Below are positions 21,745 to 34,605 of a stretch of 64,000 nt of DNA, in pieces (the first letter of the stretch is position 1; each line of letters starts with the position of its first letter). The notes below the pieces were generated by a model. That model ran no database searches, was not told the origin of the DNA, and was given only the letters and a program-made list of their open reading frames with translations. Made by a program: the position numbers and the translations under genes. This stretch comes from Felis catus (lineage: Eukaryota). The DNA lies in assembly GCF_018350175.1 (NCBI RefSeq), contig NC_058368.1, positions 173,354,001 to 173,418,000 on the forward strand, written 5' to 3'.

Positions 21745-24024
21745 TGCACATGAGGGTGATTCTGGAGTCACGGTCAATTTCCAGAGAATTCAGTCTCTAA
21801 ATTCTCTCTGTTCATCATTGTACTACTTACCTTTGCTAATACATAGTGCATAATCCATAAATATGTGCTGAATAAATGAATGTAATTTTACAAGGCATCT
21901 TGATCTCTGTTCTCTTAATTAAACCTCATGTCCTAGGGATCACTGTGCTCAATTTATAGATGAGGAAACTGCGGCTCGGGAATTTAAGGCAGCACCACCA
22001 TCCAGTAAATGCTGGATGAACACAAGACTTCTGGTCCCCAGGCTACCCTGAAGACACTTGGGAGACCCAAGTAGGGTGGCCCAGGCTGACTTCTCTGTCT
22101 CATTTCACCCAGGATCACTTGCAGGAGGGCTGCTGAAGAGGGGCCATGTTGGAATCCAGCACCCACAGCAAGACCCCCACCCAAAAGGTTCCTAACAATC
22201 CCTGCCTGATTTTCCCTCCCATCCTCCCTGGTTCCACCAGACCCCAGGACCTCAGAGCCCACTGCCTCAGTCCCTTGAGGACCAGCCGAAGCTAACACAG
22301 AGCAGATGGGCGATGTTCACCCAGCGTGGCAATTGTGACTCAATCCCTCGGGGGTTGGTACATACTGTGTGCCAAGGTTAATTAAACTGGTAATTAGAAG
22401 GAGAGATGCTTAATCTATCTGGTTAATAAAATAACCCCCCTTGCACAAGCATACAGGCGCTGTCACTTGGCCAGTGGAAGTGGAGATGCTGCAGCCCTGA
22501 TATTATGGGTTCAGTCCAGCAGCATGCTCCCCACTCCAACTGGCATTGGCTTCCCACCCTCTCTGCTCCTCAAGTCCTGGAACAGATTCCTGGGTCCATC
22601 ACAGCCACCTCCAGGGGGAATCTTGAAGGATCAAGTCTAGGAAGGCATCCAGGGGTGCCCAGTCCCAGGGAAGCTCAAAGGTTAACGGCAGCACCTGCAG
22701 GGAACACTGCCCAGGCAAGAGTCCTGGGGTGGTGGCCCAGCTCACCTCCTCTGCCAGCCAGGATTCTCTTGTGCCTTTTGTGACCCTTCATGCCACTTTC
22801 TTTAAGAGCTATGTCTGACCCTCACACTCCAAATTACATCTTTGGTGAATATCTTTAAAAATTAATTTTTAATTTTACATGTAAAACATGAACACCTTAT
22901 TATTGTAAAAATTTTAAAAAAAGACTGCAAATAACCTCACCACAGATCTCAGGGATTTGTTTTTAAGGAGGAAGCCACTGGAAATCACTGTGTAGCCTTC
23001 TGGGCCTTTCCCTGCATGTATACAGGTATGTCTATTGATGTAACTAGACATAGTTTCACTTGATTTTTGACTTTTTACAACATGGTATTTTACTGTATGC
23101 TTCCTTCTGCAGTGTGCTTTTCTCCACCCTGCCCCCCAGCAGTGATGTGGAGACTTGATGTTTTCTTCAGTTAGATTTCACAGAGATGGAATTTTCCAGG
23201 TAGGGAGAGAAGCCTCCCTTGTCCTCAGGACCTCATGCTAAGAATGGCCTGACACCTACATCAGGGCATCCCTTGAATATGGGCTCTCAGCCCAGTGGGT
23301 CCACCTTGCTCCCCACAGGCCCATTGACTACTCCCTGTCTGCCCAATGTTCCCCTGGACCCTTTTCTCCTCAGCAATTAGAGTGAGCCAAAGTCACAGCA
23401 GTGCCCCTTCCCTCCTTCGGCCTCTGTCTCTGAGACACAAGGGCAGCCCACAGAAGGCTGTCTGCATGTAAGGCCTCCACAGATTCACATGCCAACCCAC
23501 AGACTCCCCAGCTTAGGAGCTGGGTCCTCAAAGAGACTGGCCACCTGCCATTTCCCATTTCCCAGAACAGCTCTGGAGGAGCAGGACCTGAATGACACCC
23601 CTCCCTGGGGGACTGATGTGAGGACAAAGGTGCTCAGCTCACCTGCATGGCTTGCCAGGCAAAAGGGGTGGCCAACCTCTCTCCCAACTCCTGGTAACAG
23701 CCATAGGCAGGCCCAGCTGATGGGCACATCAGGTGGCAGACAAGGGCAGAGGTGTGCCCATGCAGAGGAAAGGGTTTTATTAACCTCCTAATGATCGGTT
23801 TAATGGGCGTTGAAGTCAGGTGAATTCAGTGACTAGAGCAGGTGGCACTGAAGCCACAGTGCATGATTTGGTGTGAAGTGGGGAGACTAAAGGGTCTTTA
23901 GCTACCAGAGCTCCAAGTCAGGTCCTAGTCTAAAAGGGCAACAGGACACATTTTTTTTTTAAGGGCAAGAAACAAGTTAGAGAGTGATGGCAGGACCAGA
24001 CAGGGTATGGGCTCAGCCCACTCT

Positions 24025-24265
24025 CCATCCATTCATCCACTCATTCATCACCCATTCACCCATCCACTCACCCATCCACTCACTCATCCATTTGCCCATC
24101 TACCCATCCACCTACCCACCCATCCGCTCATCTACCCACCAACCCACCCATCCATTCACCCATCCACTGACCCACTTATCCATCTATCTGCCCACACAGT
24201 TACCCATCCTCCCACCCACCCACCCATCCACCAACCATCCATCCATCCTTATATTCATTCATTCA
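24025..24265. repeat. Degenerate (CATC/CACC)n tetranucleotide array
   Basis: About 240 bp of ccat/ccac/tcat units running into an L2 (cattcatt) tail. Confidence 0.85.
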
Positions 24266-24870
24266 ACAAGTATTTATTGACCACCTACTCTATGCCAGGC
24301 CCTGTGCTGTGTGTAGACAATGTTTTCTTGGATCTGATTATCCCAGTGGGGGTGGTAGGCAAGAGAACAACTGGCAATAAATAAGCAAACAAAGCAACAA
24401 AATAATTCCAGATGATGAAGAATATAAAATAGGCGAAGTGAGAGAGAGTGAAGGAGAAAAGGTGTGGTGGATATCAATACAAAAGTGTGGCCAGGGGAAG
24501 TCTCTCAGAGCATGATGTTTCAGCCAAGACCTGAGTAATGAGAAAGTGGCAGGCATTTGGGGATCTGGGGGAAAAGTGTTTGAGGCAGAGGGAACAGCAA
24601 GTGCAAAACATCTGAAAAGGAGACAAGCTTGGTGCATTTGCATAAGCAAAGGAAAGGTGGTGTGGCTGGGGCACAAGGGAGTGGGGGGAAAGGATGAAGA
24701 GGATGGAATCTGAGAGGTAGGCAGGGACGGGATCATAAGGGCCCTTGAGGCAGAGGAAGGGAATCTAGACCATTCCAAGGAAAGCCAGTGGAGGGTTTAG
24801 GCAGGGGAGTGAGATGATGTGATCTGCTTTTAAAGTTCATTCTTCTGGCTGCTTTGTAGTGATGACTATA
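24250..24870 (-). mobile_element. L2 LINE 3' portion
   Basis: 'attcattcattcaacaagtatttattgaccacctactctatgccagg' and 'ggcagagggaacagcaagtgcaaa'. Confidence 0.8.
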
Positions 24871-25229
24871 AGGGGGGGGGGGTGCTAATGATTTCTAGGC
24901 CCCTTTCAATTCCAAAATCCTATTGTTCCCTGCCCCTCTTCCATTCTAAACTGTTAAGGATAATCTCTAACATTTGAAGAGTGTTTCACCATTTACAAAT
25001 CATATTCATGGAACCATTCTGTTTAGCTCTCATGCAGTTTCATTCAGCATTTTCCCAAGGAAGTGGCTCCTCTGAGCCCCTGAAGAGCAGCCCCAGAGTG
25101 GAGTCTCCTGGGACCTGGAGCCCTAAAGAATGCTGCTCTGCAATGCAGAGTAAGCTGCAGGGTAAGAATATCTCTGTTGGTCTTGCTGTGAACTTCTCTT
25201 ATGTGCCATCCAGGCTCCCAGGCCCTCTT

Positions 25230-25710
25230 CTGGTAGCAGCACCCCCATTGTCCTTTGGACAGCCTCTACCACCACCACTCACAGTCTTTGTGGTTCAGAT
25301 GAAGCCAATCCCACCTCTGGCTCCAGGGATGGGAGTCAAGAGTTTCCCAGTCTCCTGGCTTCCATCATGGTTGGTTCAGGTGGGACATCTAATTTATATG
25401 AGAATCAATCCTGGGTCTTAAGCTGGGGCTTATATAGGAGAAGTTCCCTTTCAGGTGCGGTTGGTCACCTGTCAGCCTGGGGGCCTGGAATGGCTGATGG
25501 CCACACACTGACGAGAGCCTACCTAAGAAGGAAGGCCCTGCAGAAGAGAGATAACAAGGAGACAAGCAGAGAGGCTTATTCTACTAGAGCATCTTGATCC
25601 AGCCAAGCTTAAAGCCAACATCCCCCATCTCAAGGACTTTTTAATTGTAAGTGCTCTTTTGAGTTTGAGTCAGTTTGAGGTGGACTTCTGACCCCAAATG
25701 AGTCCTCATC
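25230..25710 (+). mobile_element. MLT1K/L-like LTR
   Basis: 'catggttggttcaggtgggacat', 'cttgatccagcc...', 'cagtttgaggtggacttctg'. Confidence 0.5.
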
Positions 25711-26479
25711 ATGCACATTTTAACAACCCTTGAAGGTTTATGAAAACACTCTTACACGCAGGGCTTAGTTCATTCTTAGAGCAACTCTCAGAGGTGAGCA
25801 TTATTATCTCCATTCCATAGAGGAGGACAAGTAGGCTGAAAGTTGTGTTGTGTTGCTAGATGCAGGGCTAGTACTCAGATCCAAGTCCTTAGTCGTTTGT
25901 GTCCTGGAGGGCAAGTGCAAGACTGCCATGCATAGGCCTCCACCATTTCTGTCATGAGCCAGACATGACTCATGTCACCCTTCCTTTGTCTACCAAGGAG
26001 CAGGACCCACTTTTCTGGCTTCTCTTTCCTAGCCACTGCCCTCTTTGGACTGGGGTCCTTGGAAGCCTGCTGCCCATGATTCCTGTCTTCTGCCAGTTCA
26101 AACAGTCAAGGCCCTTTTGGGAAAGTCACAGTGAGTGACTCAAGGGACACAGACTAGGCCCTAAGACATTCCTTCAACCAGCTGAGAAGCCACGTGCCAC
26201 AAAGGAGAAATTTTGGACACATGATTAATACTCGAGTCTCAACTATTTCATCTGTAAATGGGGTGGGTAATACACTAGCTTCAGGTGATCAACATTAAGT
26301 GAGGCAAACTGAGCACAGCCCTGGGTAAAATGAGCATTGGCATCGTGGGCTCCTTGCAGGTCCCTGTGGTCCTGGCCCCTCAAAAGCGTGCCTGTCCTCT
26401 GACCACATAACTCTGTTCTGTTCAGTTTCTTGGACATGTGCTTCTCGCCCTGGGGACACTTGGCCTTTTCCTCTGTGAT

Positions 26480-27070
26480 TCACTCATTTCACTAGGGAAT
26501 ATTTATTAAATGCCTACTGTGCTCCAGGTTCTGCTCCAAACAGTGGGAAACAGCAGTGAACAAAACAAGAGCCTGCATTCTTTAGGGCAGACACAGACTA
26601 AAAACATACACAGGAAATATTTTCTATATGCTGCACAGTAAGCAAATGAACAAAACCCAGGGAGATGTGATAGTGCCCAGAGGAAGGAGGGGGGCACGAA
26701 TTGGAATGGTGTAAGGCCATCTGAGACCTAGATGATGAGAAGAATTCAAGAACTGGCAGCTAAGTCAAGAACTGGCAGCTGGAGTGTCCTAGGCAGAGAG
26801 TATGGCAAGTGCAAAGGCCCTGAGGTGGAGCCAGGTTAGAGGAACAATAAGGATGGTGTGGATGGAGAGCTTTGAGTGAAGAAGAGGGTAGGTAGAGCAG
26901 ACCCTGGGGTCCTTGTAAGCCATGGGTAGGATTTGAATTTTATTACATGTGCAATGGGAAGTCATGGAATGGGGGAGGTAAGCAGGGGAGGGACAGATCC
27001 CATGCTCATTCTGAAAATAGCAGTCTGGCAGCTGTAGGAGGATGTGTGGAAGGGGCAAAGAGGAAGCAGG
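26480..27070 (-). mobile_element. L2 LINE 3' portion
   Basis: 'atatttattaaatgcctactgtgctccagg', 'ggcaagtgcaaaggccctgaggtgg', 'ccttgtaagccatgggtaggatttgaattttatt'. Confidence 0.8.
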
Positions 27071-29409
27071 GCTGCCAGCCCAAGCCCCTGCTTTGTCCAC
27101 ACCCTGCTGGAGCTAATGCCCCCAGCCCAGCCCACTCCCAGCAATCAGATGGTGTCAGAAGCCCCTGAGCTCTCTGCTCATCTGGAGGTACTGGTGAACA
27201 GTTCAAGGCACCCAGGGAGAAATGTACTTGATGAACTTGAGCAGACATTAGGGTTTCTGCTCCTCACTGCCTCATCCCCAGGGATCAACATCCACCCACC
27301 ATCCCCCACTCCTACAACTGAAATGGTTTGTAATTTCCTACCACTGTCACTAACAAAGGCATACCTCCTCAGACCCCAAGTAATTTGCATAAGAGAAGAC
27401 CCTTTCCCCCTACTGCCAGAGATTATTTCCCTCGTCAGTAGCATCTCAGAATTTGGAGGGTCCAACACCCCCTCTCCTCCCACTCCGGTGAGCACTGGGA
27501 TGTGCGTGTGCAAATGCTGTACCAGGGTGTCTTAGGGCCGTGTGTGTGAGAGCTGATGACCAAGGGCAGGAGGCGGGGAAAGGTTCTGCTGGAGCAGAGA
27601 GAGGCCCCAGGCTACGGGAATCCAGCCACCACTGCCTGTCGGTTCCCATCATGAGAGCCATCGGCCTCACCGGCTATTTCATCTGTGTTTATTTGTCTGT
27701 CTGCCTGTGTCTTGCTCTATCTTCTGATGTGTCTGTCTCAGCCATCAGATGCCCCCTCAGCTGGAGCCAGTGTTTCTGAAATCAGACAGCTCGAATCTTT
27801 CTCCTGGAAGCCGGGCATGCACGCTCTCAGGCCATGGGGCCTCATTGCCTCTCTGGGAGCAGGCCCACATCCCATGTGAAAGAGCAAAACAGCCCCTTGG
27901 GCTGCACAGTACTTTACAGTTTGCATTTCTCTGTCCCACGCATGTGTTTAATTATATCTTGTCTTGTTCCCGAAGGAGTTCAAGCCACTAGTCCTATGTT
28001 TGTTCTTTGCAGTGACACTAGGTTAGTGGGCAGACACTAACCTAGTCTATTGGCAGCCAAGAAAACTGAGGTTTAGAGGGGTTTTGTCAAGGTCATGGAG
28101 CTAGTGAGCTTTAGGGGCAGGGCTGGGACTCCAGCCTCTGGCGTGGGTTGGATTGCTATTGCAGGAAGTTTCCAGAGCTCTCCCACTCCCGGAGGTTTGG
28201 AGCTTGCTCTGTCTGGAGGTGTCCCGGGCCACCTGCTCTGTTATGGGCTCAGTGAGGAGTGCTGGACATGTCCTGGCTCTTTCATACCTCTGATCCAAGC
28301 CTCGGTTCTCCTGTCTGGAGTTCTGGGGAAGGTTCTGGGGAGCAGCAAGTTGGGGAATCCCATGAGAAGTGGGGGAAGGGGAGGGGATTGAGAGTCTGGG
28401 CTGTGGGTACAGGGCAGGCAGGGCTGCTCTGAATGCCCCTGCCTGTGCTCCTCTCTGCAGCCTGGCCATGAGGGACTGAGGGCTGGGGAGGGCTGGAGGG
28501 GGCTGGAGGCGGCTGGTGGGGACATAGTGGGGGAGAGAAGGGGCCGCCCCGCTGACAGCAGGTGACAGGATGACTTGGAGCCCAAGCTGCTGCTGCAACA
28601 AAGGAGGGGAGCGAGGGGGACAGCGAGGCTTGGCAACCACTCTCCCAGCTGCTCTGGGTTTGAAGCTGAGCCACTTTGCTGGCTCCAGCACAGCGCGAAC
28701 AGGTGGCAGCAAGATTGGCACAGCCAGGAAAATCCATCTTGCGGAGGCCAGCGTGCAGCAGAGCGGGAGAGGAGCAGCCAGACGGAGGGGGTGGTTGGAG
28801 AAGTAGAGAAGGGGAGGGGCTGCGGAGAAGGGACCCTCCACTCCCCCTCCACTCCCCCTCCGCAGGCTCAGCCACCCCGGGGGGGGGGGGCCCACGAGTG
28901 TCTGCATGTGTCCACATGGCCACCTCTGCACACCCAAGCCGAGGCACTCAAGACCTCTTGAGGACCCCTTAGGGGCCAAGGGCTGGCCAGGTCTCCTGCC
29001 CCAAAGGGCTCACAGGATACCTGCCTTCCTCTTCTGTCCTGTTACTTACACCTTCCAGCTAGCTCACCTCTTCAGCTAGTGCCAGCTGGCACAGGGGACA
29101 CTTGAGCACCTGGGGTGGATGGAGGCACCTGGGCATCCCAGATGGGCTCCCAATTCCAGGAGTGGCAAGTCGAGTTTTCTTGCCTGGTTTCTTGCTCTGG
29201 CAGAATGGGGAGCCCCCAACACATGCTGTTTGGTGCTGTGGCTGAGAACGGGCTCACTCCACAGTGCCCTGACTCATGACCACGTGGGCTCCGTGAAATC
29301 TGCCTGCGTGATGTTTGCCACTCAGCAACTGCAAGGCTGTGTATGGTGCTACTTAAACACCTGGTTGATGCCCAGATAAACCAGGTGGCTCTGGCATTCA
29401 CTCAGTCCC

Positions 29410-30350
29410 CATTCAGTAGATGTCTGTGAAGTGCCTACTCTGGGCCATGCACTATTCCAGGTATGGAGGACACAGCAGGAAAGAGGATAGACAGGGCCAG
29501 AGCTCATGGCACTTACACAGTAGAGAGACGAGTCAAACAAAACAAACAAGCAAACAAACAAACAAACAAACAAACAAGGTAATTTTAGATAGTGATAGAT
29601 TCTGTAGAAATAAATAGAGTGAAGTCAAAAGGAACTGGAGCGGTAGTTTTTTAGATGACGTGGTCAGTGAGGGTTTCTCTGAAGAGGTGGCATTTGGGCT
29701 AAGATCTGAATGAAGAACTTGTCATAAAAAGTGTGGGAAGAGTGTTCTCGGCAGAGGGAATTGCATGTGCAAAGGCACTGAGGAAGAATGACACTGGCCT
29801 GTTTGAGGGACAGAAGGAAGACTAGTGATGTTGGGAGCAGGTAGGGCCTGGATCATGCAGGACCTGAAGGGGGTGGGGAGGAGTTAACCTTTTAAAAAAA
29901 TTTTTTTAATGTTTATTTATTTTGAGTGAGAGAGAGAGAGAGAGAGAGAGAGAATGTGCGAGCAGGAGAGTAGCAGAGAGAGAGGGAGACACAGAATCCG
30001 AAGTAGGCTCCAGGCTCCAAGCTGTCAGCACAGAACCCAACGAGGGGCTCGAAATCACAAACCATGAGATCATGACCTGAGTCGAATATGCTTAACTGAC
30101 TGAGCCAGCCAGGCGCCCCTGAGCTTTTTATCCTCTGTGGGATGAAAAGTGTTTGAAGGAGGGATCCATCTGGTGGCTGTGGGGTGGGGAGGGAGGCATC
30201 GGGAGACAAGGTTGGGGTGGCTGCTGTTGGCTGAGAGGAGGGGTGCTGGATTGGAGTGGAGGTGGGGAGGGGGTGAGGAGCAGCTGGATTTGGGCGCGTT
30301 TTAGAGGCTGAGCCTACACCACTCTGGAGTTGGATACAGAAGAGGAAGAA
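29410..30350 (-). mobile_element. L2 LINE, interrupted by a Can-SINE and an (AAAC)n repeat
   Basis: 'ggcagagggaattgcatgtgcaaaggcactgagg' and related segments; (AAAC)n at about 29535-29577. Confidence 0.7.
29891..30119 (-). mobile_element. Can-SINE (felid SINEC)
   Basis: Reverse complement of ggggcgcctggctggctcagtcagttaag..., with (CT)n tract and A-rich tail. Confidence 0.95.
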
Positions 30351-31129
30351 TTAAAGATATGTTTGAGGTTGAGCTGGGTGGAGGGGGCATTCCCTAGGCG
30401 GGGGAGGATTGGGGACTCCCGTGCAGTCAGGGAGGAGACACAGAGGACGTTCTTTCTCCTCTTTCAAAAGTACAACCCAAAGGGGATCCCCACACTCTGC
30501 ATGTCTGGAGCAGTGTGTGCCCCTGCCCCCCGTCCCCACCTGAGAGATGAGTGTCCGTCTTTATTCCACAGACACATCCCCTCGGACCCCAGCTCTCCCG
30601 TGCATTCTGAGCAAGTCGGATCCCTTCTCGAAGATGGACGGCACTTTACAAACTCCATATGCTCAGTTTTCTTTTATTATTTTAATTTCTAAATACTTGG
30701 GAAGGGTTCCAGCATTGGCTTCTGCTGTGATTCTGGTGCCAGCAAACACACTTTGCTCTCTCCCCCTCCTCCTCATCCCTTCCTTCATCCAAACCACAGA
30801 GCTTTCTTCCAACCTGGAGGAGAACTGGCACGCGGGGAGGGAAGTTCAGCCAGCACGTGGGTGCCCTGTGGGTCTGGTCAAAATTAAATTGACCCCAGAG
30901 ACCCCGGGGGGGGGGGGACAGCAGGTAGGGCCTGGCCTCGTGGGTGGGAATCCAGGATATGGGTCAGGTCACGGGTTTCTAAAGATGCTTTCAAAGAGGC
31001 CAGGGCACCAGATGGGAACAGCAGGCTTCCCCACACTGCCCGGTCCACACAGCCACCCCTCCAGGTCTCTCCCTTGCCCGAGTCCCACAGGGGCTGGCTG
31101 CCCTCCTCCTCCTGTACTAAGCTCTTCAG

Positions 31130-31480
31130 CACCCACTTCGCCAGCAGCTGGCTTGCTTTCTCTCTCTCAGACAACTGTCAGGGACTTCGCTTTGCTCTTC
31201 CCTCTGCCTGGAGTGCTCTCACCCCAAACTTTTACAAAGCGTACCCTTTCTCACCCCAGTGTTCCTCCTCTGTAAAGCCCTCCCTGGATACCCAATCTGA
31301 GTTGGCTCCCCTTGAACATTCTTCATGGTCCTCGTCACGCTGCAATCTCATGTATTGCTTCGATGACATGTTCCCATAGGATCAGGACCTTATCTGTCTT
31401 TGTTTTGCTTGCTGCTGTACCTCCAGTGACTGGAGCAGTGCCTGGTGTGGAGTAATAAATTCTTGTTGAATGAATGAATG
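31130..31480 (+). mobile_element. L2 LINE 3' end
   Basis: 'cagggacttcgctttgctcttccctctgcctgg...aataaattcttgttgaatgaatgaatg'. Confidence 0.75.
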
Positions 31481-32199
31481 GGTTTCCTGCCCATCTCCTC
31501 GTGCCAGATCCCATTTGTGGAAGGGAGACGGGGCATTCTGGGTAATGCAGAGTTAGGTATATGGAGGAACAGGACAATTATTGACTGGCTACACATGCCA
31601 AGAGCAAAACAAGTGACCATTCAACGTGTTACCCCCATTTTACTCACAAGAAAACGAAAGCTCAAAGGAATAAAGGAACCTGCCCAGAAGCAGACAGCTT
31701 GGAAATTGGGGAGCATGGTTTAAATTCTCGGCTTTCCTACCCACCAGGCTGCAGATGGACCACAGATAAATGACCAATTTTCAACAAAGTGGAATAATAA
31801 AGTGCACTTAGCACCCCACACTATTATTGACCATAAATCAATGGCACTTTGATGACTCAGATGGTGATGATTTCAGAGCCCCTCAGGGCCCTGTCGTGCT
31901 GGGTCCTGATCTCCTGCGTGGAGCCACTCTTGTGCACCGTGTGGGGCCAGGATAAAGCTGCAGTGACCCCATGCAGCACCCTGGGGGCTGCTTTCCAGGC
32001 TACACCTCTCATCCCTGCAGACTGGCTTTTGCTTTTTCGTACCGAAGAGAGGTGGACAGGGCGTCGATGTGAGGTTTCCTGGGGCACGTCATCGTGACCA
32101 GCAGGAGTCTCCAAAACCAGCCTCAACCAGGAGGGGATGGGTTCTGTTTCTTTTACCTGCTGTGCTCCGTCCCTGGGCATCTGCAAAGCCGTGGCTCCA

Positions 32200-32465
32200 C
32201 CTCCGCCAAGCCGGCACTCTGCCAGGTTTTCAGTGAAGCTTGACCAGGCTGGTCTGCAGCAGAGCGTCCTGTCCCTGCTCTGCCTTCATGCAAGTCACTG
32301 ACCACCATCTAAGATGCCGTGCATTTTGTTTATTTTGCTTACGTCTTACCTCCCTACTGCCCCATTAGACTGTAAGCTCTGTGAGGCCAGGGTATTGCCA
32401 GCTTGGTTCCCTGCTGTATTCCCAGCACCTGGCACGTGGTAGGCGGTCCGTGTTTGTGCAATGAA
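32200..32465 (+). mobile_element. L2 LINE 3' end
   Basis: 'ttagactgtaagctctgtgaggccaggg...ctgtattcccagcacctggcacgtggtagg'. Confidence 0.75.
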
Positions 32466-32467
32466 TC

Positions 32468-32745
32468 CTCCCCAAACTTCGGTCATTCACGTCCCACCTT
32501 CACAATCCTGGTGAGAGCTGTGTCCCACTTGTACTATCTAATATTTTTCTTTTAACCATCCCCCTTTAAAAAACTTAAAGAAATGAAATGTAAAAGAAAG
32601 CTTTTTATCACTGCCATAAATGGAAAGCCAATATCACTTGCCATAAATAGAAGACAACTGTTAAAATAAATGCCACGAAAACAAAACAGTGTGAGGGAAT
32701 TTGAGCAGGAGCCTGTTGCCTGCAGAAGGCAATAAGCTTAGGCCT

Positions 32746-32786
<41 letters not shown>

Positions 32787-32992
32787 TAAAAGGAGGGGTC
32801 AGCAAGTGCTAGAGAGGCGTCAAAGACGGGCCAGCACGAAACCGAGACCTTGCCTTTGATAAGAGATTTTAGAGAGAATTGCATAGGCAGCCACTTTCTC
32901 ACCATCCGAGTGAGACAGTTGGCTTAATGCCATGCTCAGCACCTCCTCAAATCCCTACCTGCCATGGTCCTCGTCCCGCACTTTGGGGAACA
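32468..32992 (+). mobile_element. hAT-type MER DNA transposon (family uncertain) containing (CT)n at about 32747-32784
   Basis: Inverted ends cccaaactt...ctttggggaaca; the 5' part resembles 59415-59520. Confidence 0.5.
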
Positions 32993-33619
32993 GAGAATCT
33001 GGAGAACTTGATAGGGGTACGTGTGGAGTACCCCTTGAATGTACCTGGTGCCTGGGGCCATGATAGCCCCTAAGGTGTCTTTGTGTAAATTTGGAAAAGC
33101 TGGTCTCTGGGCGGAGGTGGTACCCTTGTGGGCAGAGAAAGTCACCCTGTCTCCTGGGTCCTGCCTTCCTGCATCGTTTTCTCCAGGCTCTCAGGGCTCA
33201 CTGGTCTGGATCTCGATCTTGGTACTTATCCCAGCCCTGCTTGTGCCTCAGTGAACCGTTTGAGCCTAGTCTTCCTCACCTGACTGGGGGCTCCCTGCTG
33301 TGAGGACTGTACTGTTGGTACCTTATCTTCCATCGCTCAGCAGTGTCCCTTATAGGGCTGGCTTTCAAGAAACATTTGTAGGCTGGACTAGAATCGGTGA
33401 TTAATCAAACTCAAAATAGCCAGCATTTCCCCCTGTCCAGACAAATAATACCAAAAAATTCATCTAGTCTCTCAGCCCTGGCTTTTTTCTGAAGTTTTCC
33501 TAGCACCGGGTGGGTGGGTGGATATTCCAATTTCCCACATCCTTTGGAAGAATTTCGTCTTCCTGACTCCCAAGCTCTCCTTCCTGATCTTTTCTTAGTC
33601 TAGTCCAGCTGGCAGAGAG

Positions 33620-34140
33620 TTTCAGTTAGCATGTTTTGTGTTGCAAGTGACAGGAAAACTCAGGTCTGATTGGTTACATCATAGGGGAGTTTATTGAGCT
33701 ATACAGTTTTAAAGTCTGGAGGCAGTGTTAGCATCAGGTGTGGCTTGGTCCAGCAGCCTCAGAGGTGTCACCAGAGACCTTGCTTCTCTCCATCTCTCTT
33801 GTCTGACTTCCTTGAGCGTGTCGCTCTCGGGCTCGCACAGAGTCTCCCCCCACCCTGTGCAGCTCCACGTTCTCGCTTCCCGGCAGCAAAATAGCTGTGG
33901 CCATTCTTGTCTTGTACCACATCCTTCAGGGGAAGAGTGAAGATCTCTTCTAGACCTCTACGGAAGAAAGGAAAGACCTCGCTTTCCCAGAAACTCTAGG
34001 AATATTCTCACGTCTCATTGACTCTGATTAAGGTAACTGACCATCTCTGAACCAATAGCCACAGCCAGGAGGAAGGGATATGCCGGGGGGCCAATCAGGT
34101 GGTCTGCTCCTGAAGGTGTGTGGAATCAGCTCACCAATCA
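33620..34140 (-). mobile_element. MLT1K-like LTR
   Basis: 'gttgcaagtgacaggaaaactca...gcatcaggtgtggcttggtccagcagcctcag...tctgaaccaatagccacagccagg'. Confidence 0.65.
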
Positions 34141-34455
34141 TAGGCTGAGATATGGGAGGGGGGTTCCTAAGGGGAGTTTGGAGGCCAACTTCCAGAAGGA
34201 AGAAGGGATGGATTCTGGGGGCAAACTACAGATGTCCTCAATATAGGGGACTTAAGCCAAGCAAGCCATCCACTGCGGGGCTTTTGTAACAGCTTCCCTT
34301 CTTCCCCAAAATACAGGTAGGTGAGACTACAGGCTGGGGCTATTCTCTGAATCCAGGTGCTGCCAGGTTCCGAAAGGACAAGAGTAACCACATGAAACCC
34401 ACTTCCAAGCCCCACACAAAGGCATAGAAGGTTAGGGCTGGAGGAACCATCAGAT

Positions 34456-34605
34456 CAGGGGTTTTAACCTAGGATCCACAGACAGATTTCAGGGGCTACG
34501 TACAGGAACCTTTGAAATCTCTTGCCAGATCCGCGGGGTCTCATGTGTGAAATTTTCTGGGCAGAGGGTCCACAACTTAATGAAGTCTCATAGGAGGTTC
34601 ACTGA
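34456..34605 (+). mobile_element. Charlie4z-like hAT element
   Basis: 'caggggttttaacctaggatccac...ttttctgggcagagggtccaca...ctcataggaggttc'. Confidence 0.55.

Noticed and set aside
28101..28979. Overlapping 200-290 aa minus-strand ORFs
   Set aside because: Several frames open at once in GC-rich DNA and no domain similarity.
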